64,000 nt of DNA. Source: Zygnema circumcarinatum SAG 698-1b (taxonomy: Eukaryota; Plantae; Zygnematophyceae). Where the stretch lies: contig CM074812.1 in the NCBI GenBank assembly GCA_037447605.1, positions 3,100,001-3,164,000 on the forward strand, given 5' to 3'. Below are positions 49,740 to 64,000 of the stretch, in pieces. The position numbers were made by a program, and so were the translations under genes. Under the pieces are notes generated by a model, which saw only the letters and a program-made list of their open reading frames with translations, did not search any database and was not told the origin of the DNA. How positions within the stretch are numbered: the stretch's first letter is position 1; the number at the start of each line of letters is the position of its first letter.

Positions 49740-50036
49740 GGTGTGGGCGTATCTCTAGACGGTCAACCAAAAGAAGGCCGTACATAAATGGTACGGGCTA
49801 GCTTAAAGTGTGGGCGTATCGCTACTCTGAACGGGGAGGCCATACATTACTGGTGCTAGGCTGGCTTTAGGTGTGTGGCTTATCGCTGTACGGTCTCACC
49901 AACCAAAGGAGGCCGTACATAACTGGTACCAGGGCTAGCTTAGGATGTGGGCGTATCTCTGAACAGTACATCAGGGGACCTGACATAAATGGTACGGATG
50001 AAAGGGATAGCTTAAGGTGTGTGCGTATCTCTGCAC
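49740..50036. repeat. Degenerate ~65-75 bp tandem repeat with conserved blocks and variable spacers
   Basis: gtgtgggcgtatc(t/g)ct-like blocks recur at ~49740, 49807, 49870, 49945 and 50016, alternating with gg(a)ggcc(g/a)tacat(a)...tggtac blocks. Confidence 0.7.
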
Positions 50037-50760
50037 GGCAGCAAGAACAAAATGATTCCGTACAAAAACCGTACTTCCCTAGAGGAGCTAGGCCGCAGGC
50101 AGTAGGCCTGACAAGTGAGTCAAGAATTGGCTCGGCCTCGCCCGAGCAAGATCGAAGATGGCTCGTATTCGTACACAATGGTACAGACCGTACATGTTCG
50201 TACAGTAGGACCCCGTCATATTTTCCACCTTCAAAAGTGCGTCCCTGTAGCGTAGTGGAGCTGCGCTCGACGGATCCGCGTCAGTTCAGTTGTACTTGAT
50301 ATATGCCTCTTCAGAATCACGGATCAGCAGGATCCAGGAGCTGCCAACGGAGGATGCGAGAAGGCAGTACCATGTGTTGGCGGCCCACGGAACAGCACAT
50401 CATCCAGCAAGGCGCACTCGGAGCGCCGCAAATTGCCGCCGATAGTTATTAGTTGACCAATCATAAGGCTCCACATAGTCAGCCAGGTCACTCAGTGGTC
50501 CGTTGGCCAATCAGAGACTGTGACTACTAAGACTCAGGATTTACTGTCAGAGATAGATAGATTGGCTGGGCTTAGTATTTGTATTTGCTGTGTGGTTTGT
50601 TGTCCTGTTCTTCTTTTCTTCCTCTCAAGCTGTAACAAACCTGCCCTCAGCAAGGTTCGAACACAGGACATCCCGGTACCCACACCAGTGCTTTACCATT
50701 AAAAGGCAACCGCGGATGTAAATACTAGGCCATACAACACATGTATAGCGTTTCGCTACA

Positions 50761-51210
50761 TTCCTCCCCACCTAAACCGGGCTCGTCCTCGAGCGCACTC
50801 AAGGTTTTTCACGNNNNNNNNNNNNNNNNNNNNNNNNNNNNNNNNNNNNNNNNNNNNNNNNNNNNNNNNNNNNNNNNNNNNNNNNNNNNNNNNNNNNNNN
50901 NNNNNNNNNNNNNNNNNNNNNNNNNNNNNNNNNNNNNNNNNNNNNNNNNNNNNNNNNNNNNNNNNNNNNNNNNNNNNNNNNNNNNNNNNNNNNNNNNNNN
51001 NNNNNNNNNNNNNNNNNNNNNNNNNGGGTTTCCCACCAGGGCAATCGATGATTGATTATCGGTGAACAAGGTAATCGGGCGTTGTTCTCTCTTGCATTCA
51101 TCAAAGAACTGCTGAAACCATACGCCCTCCTTTGCAGCATGACAAGCACCCATGTACTCGCCTTCCGTACTCGATAACGCTACCGAGTCCTGCAACTTGG
51201 AGCTTTTCCC
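50761..51210 (-). mobile_element. Ty1/copia LTR retrotransposon remnant: RNase H domain, polypurine tract and start of the 3' LTR
   Basis: SKLQDSVALSSTEGEYMGACHAAKEGVW...ITLFTDNQSSIAL is the copia RNase H motif. After the 212-N gap the frame ends ...REKP*, followed by GGTGGGGAGGAA (50772-50761) and TG at 50760. Confidence 0.88.
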
Positions 51211-52005
51211 ACAATGAAGTTCTCCCACTACTTCAAGGTCCCTCTCACTCACTACCTCACGACACAAGTGTAGGCAGCCTAGCAGCACGAGCAGGCACAG
51301 AATAAGACCCGAGACTATGACAAAGTAGTGTGGGTGGGTTACTTCCCATAATAAAACTATGCACTATATAATATGGTGTCTGTGACGTGACACACATGTC
51401 GCGTCGCGTCATGCGTACAAACCCATGCCAGCGAGTGCAGTGGAGCGCTTCAGTGGAATAGCGACCGACTGGAAACGCACCGTGGAAACCCCTCTGGCGC
51501 CGGAGCCCACAGTTCTTGATAGGCACCATTGCACTGAAAATACGGTTTGCCCGTTCCCAAAGCGGCCCGCTCCTTCGATCTTAAGCCAGCGAGCACCTCG
51601 GTAGTACACTCGAACTCGCGGACCCGGTAAGTAGTCCCGCATCAAAAGCGCGTTCCGGTTAGCCGCCAAATAATATATCTTATGTCGTTTCGCGCGCCCG
51701 CAACTGCTGGGCAGCGCGCGCGCGACGCCAATCAAAGTTGTAGCGGCGTCCGTGCCAGCGAATCGGCGGCGCTGTTATCAAAGTTAGCGCGTCCGTTCTC
51801 AGCGCACATGTGTGGCCGCCCATCGATGGCGGCTAAGTTTCCATTACTGCATGGCTAAAAGCGCCTCACTGAGTGAACACCGACATTCCTAAATCTAAGA
51901 GCACTGACTTTGGCAGATCTCATGTTCAGAACTGAGTACCACAACAAGTTAGTGTGTGCCATACAATGTCTAACTATCATACACTAACACTAACAGATTA
52001 TGGGA

Positions 52006-52806
52006 TCAGGTATGAGAGGGGGCCAACCAGAGTGATTGGCTATACAGACTCAGATTGGGGCGGTGATGTAGACATTGTGTCATCTTCAGTGTCTCACTTA
52101 ACCCCATGGAGGTGAGCAATTTTGCCTTGCTAACACCCATAATACGCAAGTATATATTCTGCTGACCCTTAATTGGGTGAGAACACAAAGAAAGGAGAGC
52201 TTGTCCTACACACTGCGGCCTATGCGGACATGATACACGGACGGAAAGAGCAGTGCCAGAGGAGTTGCCGCCGTTGACATTGGCAGGGAGGAATGGCAGG
52301 GGATGCGAATGAGGATCACTCTGGTTCACAGGGAGCCTACGCAAGGCCGCTGCAATCTGTGCGATACGGGCTTGAGCACCCTCCTCTGATTTGATGGGGG
52401 ATTCAGACCAAGCCGGTTGCAATGCTGCGGCAATCGGCGCAGTGCGTGCGCGGGCAGCCAGATCGGACTCGGCCCCTAAGGCGTTTGTCAAGGAAGGGGA
52501 CTCCATAGGATGCAGATGGATCGGCGGACGTTGCAGGATGGTATAAGAGGGTGAAGGAGGTGGATGAGGGCGAAAGGGGGGAGGAGTTCTCAATGGTGTG
52601 TGAGTAGCCGGAAGCATGTCCATGAAAGTGATCTCTGCAGGAGAGTTCCCTGCAGCTGCATCCTTCCCCTTTCGGGCTCTCTCACTGGAGAGTCTCCGCA
52701 TGCATACACGGGCATCATGTCCTGTAATTTGGCAGAAAGTGCAGGTCCATGGCCCACAGCGCAGCCTCGGATTATGATTCGTGCCACAGGCAAGACAAAC
52801 CCCCAT
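52006..52806 (-). CDS. Gag-like zinc-knuckle ORF, probably a retroelement remnant
   Basis: CTFCQITGHDARVC is a CX2CX4HX4C knuckle, preceded by CLACGTNHNPRLRC. The remainder is low complexity and not recognised. Confidence 0.55.
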   Translation of the reverse strand: MGVCLACGTNHNPRLRCGPWTCTFCQITGHDARVCMRRLSSERARKGKDAAAGNSPAEITFMDMLPATHTPLRTPPPFRPHPPPSPSYTILQRPPIHLHPMESPSLTNALGAESDLAARARTAPIAAALQPAWSESPIKSEEGAQARIAQIAAALRRLPVNQSDPHSHPLPFLPANVNGGNSSGTALSVRVSCPHRPQCVGQALLSLCSHPIKGQQNIYLRIMGVSKAKLLTSMGLSETLKMTQCLHHRPNLSLYSQSLWLAPSHT

Positions 52807-52851
52807 CTGGAACCCCTGCCTCTATCATCCGACGGCGCAAATCGGCCCTGG

Positions 52852-53343
52852 CAGAATAGATTCAGACCTTTTTTCGTCGGATGTACGGATAGTGATTTGA
52901 AATGTACAAAGCCTGCGCGTCTACAAGGTATAAGGGCGCAACACGTGGAGCGACATGATTGGTCGCAGCAACATATGACGTGACAAGTATGTTTGGGACC
53001 GTGACGTGACAAAACGAGACGCGACAAAAGTGGAGTCCGCGGACGGCAGTCGGAAATGACGGGAAAAAACTGACAGAAAAAGATAGGGCACATAACGTAG
53101 CGTGTTTCAAGAAAAATCTTTCAGGTTTTTTCCCGCCATTTCCGACTGCCGTCCGCGGACTCCACTTTTGTCGCGTCTCGTTTCGTCACGTCACGGTCCC
53201 AAACATACTTGTCACGTCATATGTTGCCGCGACCAATCATGTCGCTCCACGTGTTGCGCCCTTATACCTTGTAGACACGCAGGCTTCGTACATTTCAAAT
53301 CACTATCCGTACATCCGACGAAAAAAGGTCTGTATTTATTCTG
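52852..53343. mobile_element. Foldback/MITE-like element
   Basis: Arms 52852-53070 and 53125-53343 are reverse complements with few mismatches, around a ~55-bp spacer. No TSD was found. Confidence 0.8.
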
Positions 53344-53453
53344 AAAAGTATGAAACAGCGCCGGGCAGCAAAAAAAAGGATTTTCTTGCTGCCCGGCGAG
53401 AACGTACACTACATTCAGAAAAAGTACACTGTAAATAGTCGCCCCCTAAATAA

Positions 53454-54504
53454 GGAAAATGATACAGCGGCCCCACTTTTTGGATATCGGCGCCCCCTTT
53501 TGGGAAAAAAATGTACTTTTTTTTTTGGCTAATCATCCCCCCCCTTGGATCTTTCGGGAGGAGAGATCTTGTAGACAATCGGACCCCGCGCCTCGCGCGC
53601 AGGATCCGACCGTGCACCGACGTACAGCGCCGCGCATCGCGGCGTGGCCCGCGAGATGCGGCAAGCCTACGGAAAAGTTGTCCTCACCTGACCCGTTTGG
53701 GTCAGAGGTTGCCATGTGGCAGTCTGCCATTGGACAGCCCTGCTTCCGGTCCCCCATGCCGATACAGTGGACCCCCATAATATTTTCCACCTTCTACAGT
53801 GCGTCCCCAAGAAATTCGCCCCGATTTTGCCGAAACCACCTTTTTGTACGGTAACTCAATGTTAACGTATTAGGGGTGTTAACCTAACCTGACCTACTCT
53901 CCAATACAAAATCTGTTAATCGAAACGGATTCCAAACATGGGTCACGCTTTTACGATGTACGGTAAAACGAATAAAATCTCTAAGTCGTACGGTATACGT
54001 ACGGCACCAATACGAGCTCGTGTGTCTAAATAACGGTACGATACGATATGATACGATACGATACGTACGAACAGACATGAACTCTAACATAATACCGCTC
54101 GCCTATTGGTAACACGGACCTTATATTTACAAATTACAATATTTTCGCCCAGTATTTGTCGAAACCATGGCGAAATATTATGGGGGTCCACTGTATCGGC
54201 ATGGGGGACCGGCAGCAGGGCTGTCCAATGGCAGACTGCCACGTGGAAACCACTGACCCAAAAGGGTCAGGTGAGGACAACGTTTCCATGGGCTCGCCGC
54301 ATCTCGCGGGCCACGCTGCGATGCGCGGCGCCGTACGTCGGTGCACGGTCGGATCCTGCGCGCGAGGCGCGGGGTCCGATTGTCTACAAGATCTCTCCTC
54401 CCGAAAGATCCAAGGGGGGGGGATGATTAGCCTAAAAAAAGGTACAATTTTTTCCCAAAAGGGGGCGCCGATATCCAAAAAGTGGGGCCGCTGTATCATT
54501 TTCC
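53454..54504. mobile_element. Non-autonomous Mutator-like (long-TIR) DNA transposon
   Basis: TIRs are 53454-53785 and 54173-54504 (~332 bp, starting GGAAAATGATACAGCGGCCCC). CTAAATAA is directly repeated at 53446-53453 and 54505-54512. Confidence 0.85.
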
Positions 54505-54591
54505 CTAAATAAAGTCACATTTCCGGCGTATATGTAGTTATGCACACGTAAGAACATGTACGAACATGTACGAACACGAGTTGCGCCAAAT

Positions 54592-54870
54592 CCATTGGCA
54601 ATGGCTGTCTGGATCCGTCAACCAATGGTTGCAACCTGCTAACCAATGGTTGGAACAATTGGCAATGGCTGTCTGGATCCGTCAAGCAATGGTTGCAACC
54701 ACTGCTAACCAATGGCTTCAACCATTGGCAACGGCTGTCTGGGTCCGTCAACCAATGGTTGCAACCATTGCCTAACCAATGGTTGGAATCATTGGCAATG
54801 GCTGTCTGGATCCGTCAACCAATGGTTGCAACCATTGCCAATGGCTGTCTGGATCCGCCAATCAACGGTT
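54592..54870. repeat. ~65-bp CCAAT/ATTGG-rich tandem repeat
   Basis: a(t/c)ggctgtctgg(a/g)tcc occurs at 54601, 54665, 54731, 54798 and 54841. A related ctaaccaatggttggaa motif is at ~25878. Confidence 0.85.
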
Positions 54871-55754
54871 GTCAACCATGGCCAATAGCTAGCTGAGTCA
54901 ACCAATCAATGGTTGGTTGCCAACCATTGCCACCCTCATATTCTAAAAGAAACTACAACAGTTGCTCCACCTCGGCTGCAGCTGACCCAACTTCAAATTC
55001 AACTTCAAATTCGAATTTGAAGCAACTTCAAATTGATACCACAGAAATTGGTCTCCTCAGGAGCACTTTTCAAATGTTGAACCACAACTTTGGGTGGCAA
55101 CTGCCAATAAGCTTCCTTAATAAAAATAGAATTCTCTTCTGTGATCCGCAGTGGAGGTCAAGGGTGGATCCGGGATTTTAGGTCAGGGGGAGGGCTGACC
55201 AATGAATCGGAAAAAAAAAAAGCCAAAATTTGAGTCCGTTGTATTTGTGCTATTCAACCTTCAATTCGTTTTTTTCAGTTCTAACGCAAATGTGAGCAGC
55301 TTTGAGACATAGGGCGGCAGTCTCTCGTTGGGTTCAGTCATAATCCCCGCCCTCCACAAGACAAGCAATAGAATTTGCATTGATCCCGCTCATGGGTGTT
55401 GTTGTTTAAGGGTGTCGTCTTCGATAGTTATTCCAATCCGAAGTTTGGGGGACCCAAGAAGTCTCTCTCTCTCTCTCTCTCACTCTCTCTCTTTCCCTCT
55501 CTATCTCTCCCTCTCCCTCTCGCCCTCTATCCCTATCAAGGAGTACTGCGAAACTCATCTACTTGGAATACATGTAAGCTCCCTAAGATACTTCGATGTA
55601 ACTAAGGAAACGGACATGTATGGGACTTCGATTCTCAATGAATTTTTCTGGAGTTGAGTATGCATGGGTGGACTATTGTAGTAGAACATTCCTTCGCTCT
55701 GTACATCTAACAAACGGATTCGAACTTTGATTCGAATTCGCCCTTAGCTTTTTT

Positions 55755-55862
55755 CGTTTGTGCTTAAATTCTTTGCACCAGTTCCTCGTTGCTCGCCATA
55801 CAGATGTTGGCCATGTACATTTGATGGCATCATTGCCACCGTGAAGTCAATGCCATTTCCCC
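55755..55862 (-). repeat. Fifth copy of the ~95-bp hairpin repeat family
   Basis: ctttgcaccagttcctcgttg...catgtacatttgatggcatcattgccaccgtgaagtcaatgccatttccc aligns with 26221-26327 and 12602-12696. Confidence 0.78.
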
Positions 55863-56972
55863 CTATACTAACTCGATATGCGCTCTACGGCTTCTCACGA
55901 ATACAAAGGGTTTGTGCTCTCTGCCACCAGCGGTCCTCCTAGTGTAGTCCAAACGATGTGGTGAGAATTGCTTACGTTCCATTCAAATTAGTAAGGTGTT
56001 TTTCACTATCATAAAATTTGAGGGCAGCTGGCAAGGCACCTCAACACTTGTACATTTCAGAAGGTTGACGTTTGCTCTTTCTGAAGGGGTAATGATCTGT
56101 AGTAATGTACTTATGTTTCCGTAATAGACGAGGTGTGATAGTGTTGTGGTGATAACTCTCTCTCTCGCGTCCCTCAATTCAACATCTCAGAGAACAAAAG
56201 ACCGGGATTTCCAAAACTTGAAGAAAATAAAAAGAACCACACAACAGATACTTTTATAACAACAAACAGGGCAAGGCAAATACCCCAACAAATGAAAGAG
56301 TCGCATTCATTCCATTTCTCCACCGTTACTCGCCAAGTGACATCGATTGAGAGAGATGGAGAGAGAGAGGGGTGGGAGGAGTGACAGCCAGAGAGGATAG
56401 ACACAGAAAGAGAGGAGAGACAGGCAGCCAGAGAGAGAGAGAGAGAGAGAAAAAAGAGGCCCCTTCTGATTGACTGTTTTAAGTAAGTAGTTCGACACTG
56501 CAGCAAAGGAAAAGCCGCACCCGCCTGCCACCCGCCTGGCATACATCCGTTCATCCGTCCATGCCATGCCATGCCATGCATACATACATGCATGCATGCC
56601 TGCACGCACGAGGCCTGCCTTGACTTCTTCCGCTTCAAAGAAACTTTGTGGACCACAGTTCCGTTCCGTGCCAGAGCAGTTACGGTTCCCTGCCCTCAGT
56701 TCCGTGCCGTTCCGTTCGACCGAGTACGGGTACGACTCGCTCTGCTGCTTCCAGCCATTGTTACGGCGGTCGAGACTTTGACCAAAGTTGACCAAGCTTG
56801 ACTAACCGCTTTATGGCAGCGAGAGCACCTTCTAGAGAGAGTGAGAGAGAGAAAGATAGAGAGAGAGAGAGACTCCTCCCACCTCCCATAAGCCTCCTTC
56901 CCTGATTTCCTCCTTTCCTTCTGCGGAGCCAGCTGGCAAGGGGAGAGCCCTGCCGAGCGCTACCACTGAGTT

Positions 56973-57011
<39 letters not shown>

Positions 57012-57396
57012 GAGAGTGCTCCCGCCGAAGTAAGACAGACAAAGAATGAGAGAGTCCCATAGACAAACAGACCGACCTCTACAGACATCGAAAGGGAGCG
57101 CCAGGAAGCTTCAGCTGGCAAAGGGAGAGAGAGAGAGAGATAGAGAGCTCTCACTATTCCCTTCTCCGTCGCCTCCTTTGCTCGCCTCCCTTCCGCTGAC
57201 ACTAAAAACCCAACCTCCTCCCGCCCCAACTAAGTACCCCCACACTCCCTCCTCTCCCTATCCCTCTCACACACCCCAAGTGCTGCTTCCCTCTCTCCGC
57301 CCCCTCCCTCACTCCCATCTCCTCATCTCCTCCCTTCCCCTCCTATCCCTCCCCCCTCAGCACCAAGTAGAGAGAGCCTCCACCTCCCCTCTCCCT

Positions 57397-57957
57397 CTAT
57401 CCCTGATTGGGGCAGTCCCGGCTGATGTGGCCCGGCTGGCTGCACGTATAGCAGACCCGTGTCGACCCCCCTCCTCCTCCTCCTCCACCACCTCCCCCTC
57501 CTCCTCCCGAAGGACAATCCCTCGCAATATGTCCCGGCTCCTCACAGTTATAACACACCCTCTCTCCTCCATAGCCCCCTCCGCCTCCCCCTCCCCCTCC
57601 TCTCCCTCTCCCTCCCCTCCCCCTCCCTCCCCCTCCTCCTCCCATATACCCTCCCCCTCCTCCCCCTCCTCCCCCTCTCCCTCCTCCCCCGTAGCCACGT
57701 GGCGCCCCCTGCACGTGCGAGCCTCCCGGGCCTGTCACATCCAGCGCCTTAGTGCGGCCCTCGCTCTCCTCTACGGCGAACTCCACGGCCTCGCCCTCCC
57801 TGAGGGAACGAAACCCAACGGCGTGGATGGAGGTTTGGTGGACGAAGAGGTCTTCGCCGCCATCGTCAGGAGTGATGAAGCCGAAGCCCTTGGAGCTGTT
57901 GAACCACTTCACCTTGCCGGTCTTCTTATCGACAGCTTCCGCCACCACCGCCGCCAT
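57397..57957 (-). CDS. CSP: Cold-shock domain protein (CSD, Gly-rich linkers, two CCHC zinc knuckles), intronless, 186 aa
   Basis: [33 protein letters not shown] (RNP1/RNP2), [14 protein letters not shown] and [14 protein letters not shown]. This is the plant CSP2/GRP2 architecture. Confidence 0.97.
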   Translation of the reverse strand: MAAVVAEAVDKKTGKVKWFNSSKGFGFITPDDGGEDLFVHQTSIHAVGFRSLREGEAVEFAVEESEGRTKALDVTGPGGSHVQGAPRGYGGGGRGGGGGGGGGYMGGGGGGRGRGGRGRGGGGGGGGGYGGERVCYNCEEPGHIARDCPSGGGGGGGGGGGGGGSTRVCYTCSQPGHISRDCPNQG

Positions 57958-59414
57958 GGCTTCAAGCTTGCTGCGTGCCTGTCTCTAGAGTTCTCTCTCT
58001 CTCTACGTCTCTGAATTGCCTTTTAAGGGCCTCAGGAAACTCTCCCTCCCTCTTTCTCTCTCCCGCTATCCCTTCCTCTTTACCTCTCTCTCTCCCCCTC
58101 ACTCTCCGTCCCTCTCCCTCTTTCTCCCTCTCTCTCCGGCGGCGGCGCTCGAAAGCGTCGAAGAAGAGGCCGACAACTGGCGGGAAAGAGCCCCATACAG
58201 GGAGCGTGCGACTCTGTGCGACGTCCTGCGAGACTCTGCGACTCCTCTCCGCGATCTGAAGAAGGACATTCATTGGTCCTGCGACTCCCTTTTTGTCACA
58301 CGTCAGTCGCCGTCCAATGGGAACAAAGGAAACATCTAAGGGCAAACCCTAAAGTCGCCGGTGGCGTGCGACCGTGGCCTGCGAGGAAATGGACGGACGC
58401 GATTGGCTGAACGACGGTTTATCGAGTCGCAGAGGAGTCGTCAGCCAATGGCGTTACAGGAAGCGTCGCAGGGCTCAAACCCTAAAGCCGCCGCCGAGCG
58501 GCGGGGACTTGTCGGCGAGGGTTCAGGAAGCGGAGGGTTTTGGAGGCAGAGCTCACCGCTGATTGGCTGCGAAATGTTGATCTGACGGCTAAGCGCATTT
58601 TACGGGACGAGTAAACGGTCAAGATTGTCTCAAATTCTGCAGAATGGAGGGCTTGTCGGAAGTGAGGTCGTCACTACACGACAAAATTATGATGAGGTGG
58701 TGCCGTACAGGCAGTGCTGTGCGTACAGTACAGTACATGACTTCCAAAAGTTTCGTACTGTACAGTCAGAACCGTACCAATTCGTACGGTACCTTCGACC
58801 CTAGGGCTTGGTACAATGAAGTACGGAACTGTACTTTTTGTATGTGTCAGAAGTGCAAGCTTCTGGCTCCTGATTGGTTGCTTTGACTTTGAGGTGTGTG
58901 GTCAAGCTCGAAGGTTGAAAAAGGAAGTCCGATACTGTACTGTACATCCCAGAAAGGGAATTGCGAGTTACACACTTTTTTTGTCTAGATACACACCTTA
59001 TAAAAAGGCCCAATACTCTAAGAACCCTTAAATGAAATCTGACTGGCGGAAAAAGGTGTGCATCTAGACAACAAGGTGTGTAGATAGCAATTTTCCTCCT
59101 AAAAAAACCAACAAAAAGAAAGCCAGTGTCCACCTTGGCTTGGTCTATCAGGTGTGGAATTTAACTCGTGTAGTGTGCCGATAACAAGTATCTCGATATA
59201 TTCTAGAATTATGTAACGTATCGGGATAATAACGATATGGAATCACAACCATCGACCAGAGTGCTGATTATGCATCTGACGATATATCGGAGCGTACCGT
59301 CTTATATCGGGATATACCGAAGTGAAACTACTAGTATCAACCATAGTAGTTAGCTTGGAATGAGGTTCTCGGGCCATTCAAAGATATGGAAAATAGGACA
59401 TCAAAGTCTGGCAG

Positions 59415-59705
59415 GCCATGGCATGGGTCGGATGGCATGGGATGAATGGCATGGGTCAGATGGCATGGGTTGGATGGCATGGATCGGATGGCATGGGTCG
59501 GATGGCATGGGTCTGATGGCATGGGGTGGATAGCATGGGTCGGATGGCATGGGTCGGATGGCATGAGTCGGATGGCATGGGTCGGATGGCATGGATCGGA
59601 TGGCATGAGTTGGATGGCATGGGTCGGATGGCATGGGTCGGATGGCATGAGTCGGATGGCATGGTCGGATGGCATGGGATGGATGGCATGCCATAGCATG
59701 GGATG
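59415..59705. repeat. 15-bp minisatellite (GGATGGCATGGGTC-type)
   Basis: About 19 degenerate tandem copies. Related ATGGC runs occur at ~49460-49585 and ~56560-56600. Confidence 0.9.
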
Positions 59706-60008
59706 GAGGCCATGAACAGAAAGAGACTCATGATTTCTATGCATTCCAAAATCAACAAAATCCGTTTAACGTGACGGAACGGAACATGGGTTGGTTACAC
59801 ATGTGGCTGGAAATTGAATTTGAGTTTAAGGTTACGCAGAGCCGCTGAACCCTCCGATTGGACGCTGAGGAGCACACTACAACATGCTAAGGTAGAAAAA
59901 AAAAAATGGATTCCGTACATCCGTACGATGAGTTCCATGTGCAAACCCCAAAACTGGGGATTGGCGGTCGTTCAACGGAGAACGGAACAGCGGCTCCGTG
60001 CGCTCGCA

Positions 60009-63629
<3,621 letters not shown>

Positions 63630-64000
63630 CTGCAGGTAGCGATAGGGGAGGGGAGAGAGTGAGAGAGCGGGAGAGGGAGGGAGGAGCGATGGAGAAAGAG
63701 CGGGAGGGAGAGGAGGGAGGGAGTGGAGAGGGAGAGGGAGAGGGAGAGGGGAAGGGGATGGGGGAGGGGGGAACGAGAGAGTGAGAGAGCGGGAGAGGGA
63801 GGGAGGAGCGATGGAAAAAGAGCGGGAGGGAGATGAGGGAGAGAGGGAGAGGGCGAGGGCGAGGACGAGGGGTAGGAGGAGGGGAAGGGGAGGGGGAAGG
63901 GAGGAGGGGGGAGGGGGAAAGGAGAGAGTGAGTGAGCGGGAGAGGGAGGGAGGAGCGACGAGGAAGGAGAGAGGTAGAGTCCGAGGGAGAGAGTGGGTAT

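Noticed and set aside
49740-50036. CRISPR array
   Set aside because: The repeats are degenerate and two-part, the host is eukaryotic, and no cas genes are present.
59337-59758. HPTHAIRPMPSDPC-type repeat proteins in several frames
   Set aside because: They are translations of a 15-bp minisatellite that is open in multiple frames on both strands.

Overview
This is eukaryotic, intron-rich green-lineage DNA from a fragmented short-read-type scaffold. It has about 18 ten-N gaps and two larger N gaps (3206-3305, 50814-51025), and the introns are filled with GA/CT low-complexity sequence. A streptophyte alga is my inference, not established. Most ORFs in the supplied track are artefacts of the low-complexity DNA. 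Splicing by hand recovers six host genes: (1) a partial zeta-carotene desaturase (ZDS, minus); (2) a complete 6-exon fluoride exporter (FEX, plus); (3) a fungal/algal-type UapA-like xanthine/uric-acid permease (minus) with Cys-rich loop insertions; (4) a ~20 kb MOM1-like gene (minus) with a degenerate PHD, two chromodomains, both SNF2 lobes with broken catalytic motifs, a CMM2-like coiled coil and a C-terminal SIM; (5) an intronless cold-shock-domain protein (minus); and (6) a 5'-truncated COP9 signalosome subunit 7 (minus). The 49.7-55.9 kb interval is a TE/repeat cluster: a copia RNase H remnant with a polypurine tract, a zinc-knuckle ORF, a foldback element, a Mutator-like element with 332-bp TIRs and an 8-bp TSD, and minisatellites. 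A ~90-110 bp hairpin-containing dispersed repeat occurs five times. Three near-identical tandem duplications abut N gaps and are probably assembly artefacts. The most interesting object is the MOM1-like pseudo-remodeller, which looks like a CHD3-to-MOM1 intermediate. All homology calls are from recalled family motifs; no database search was run.
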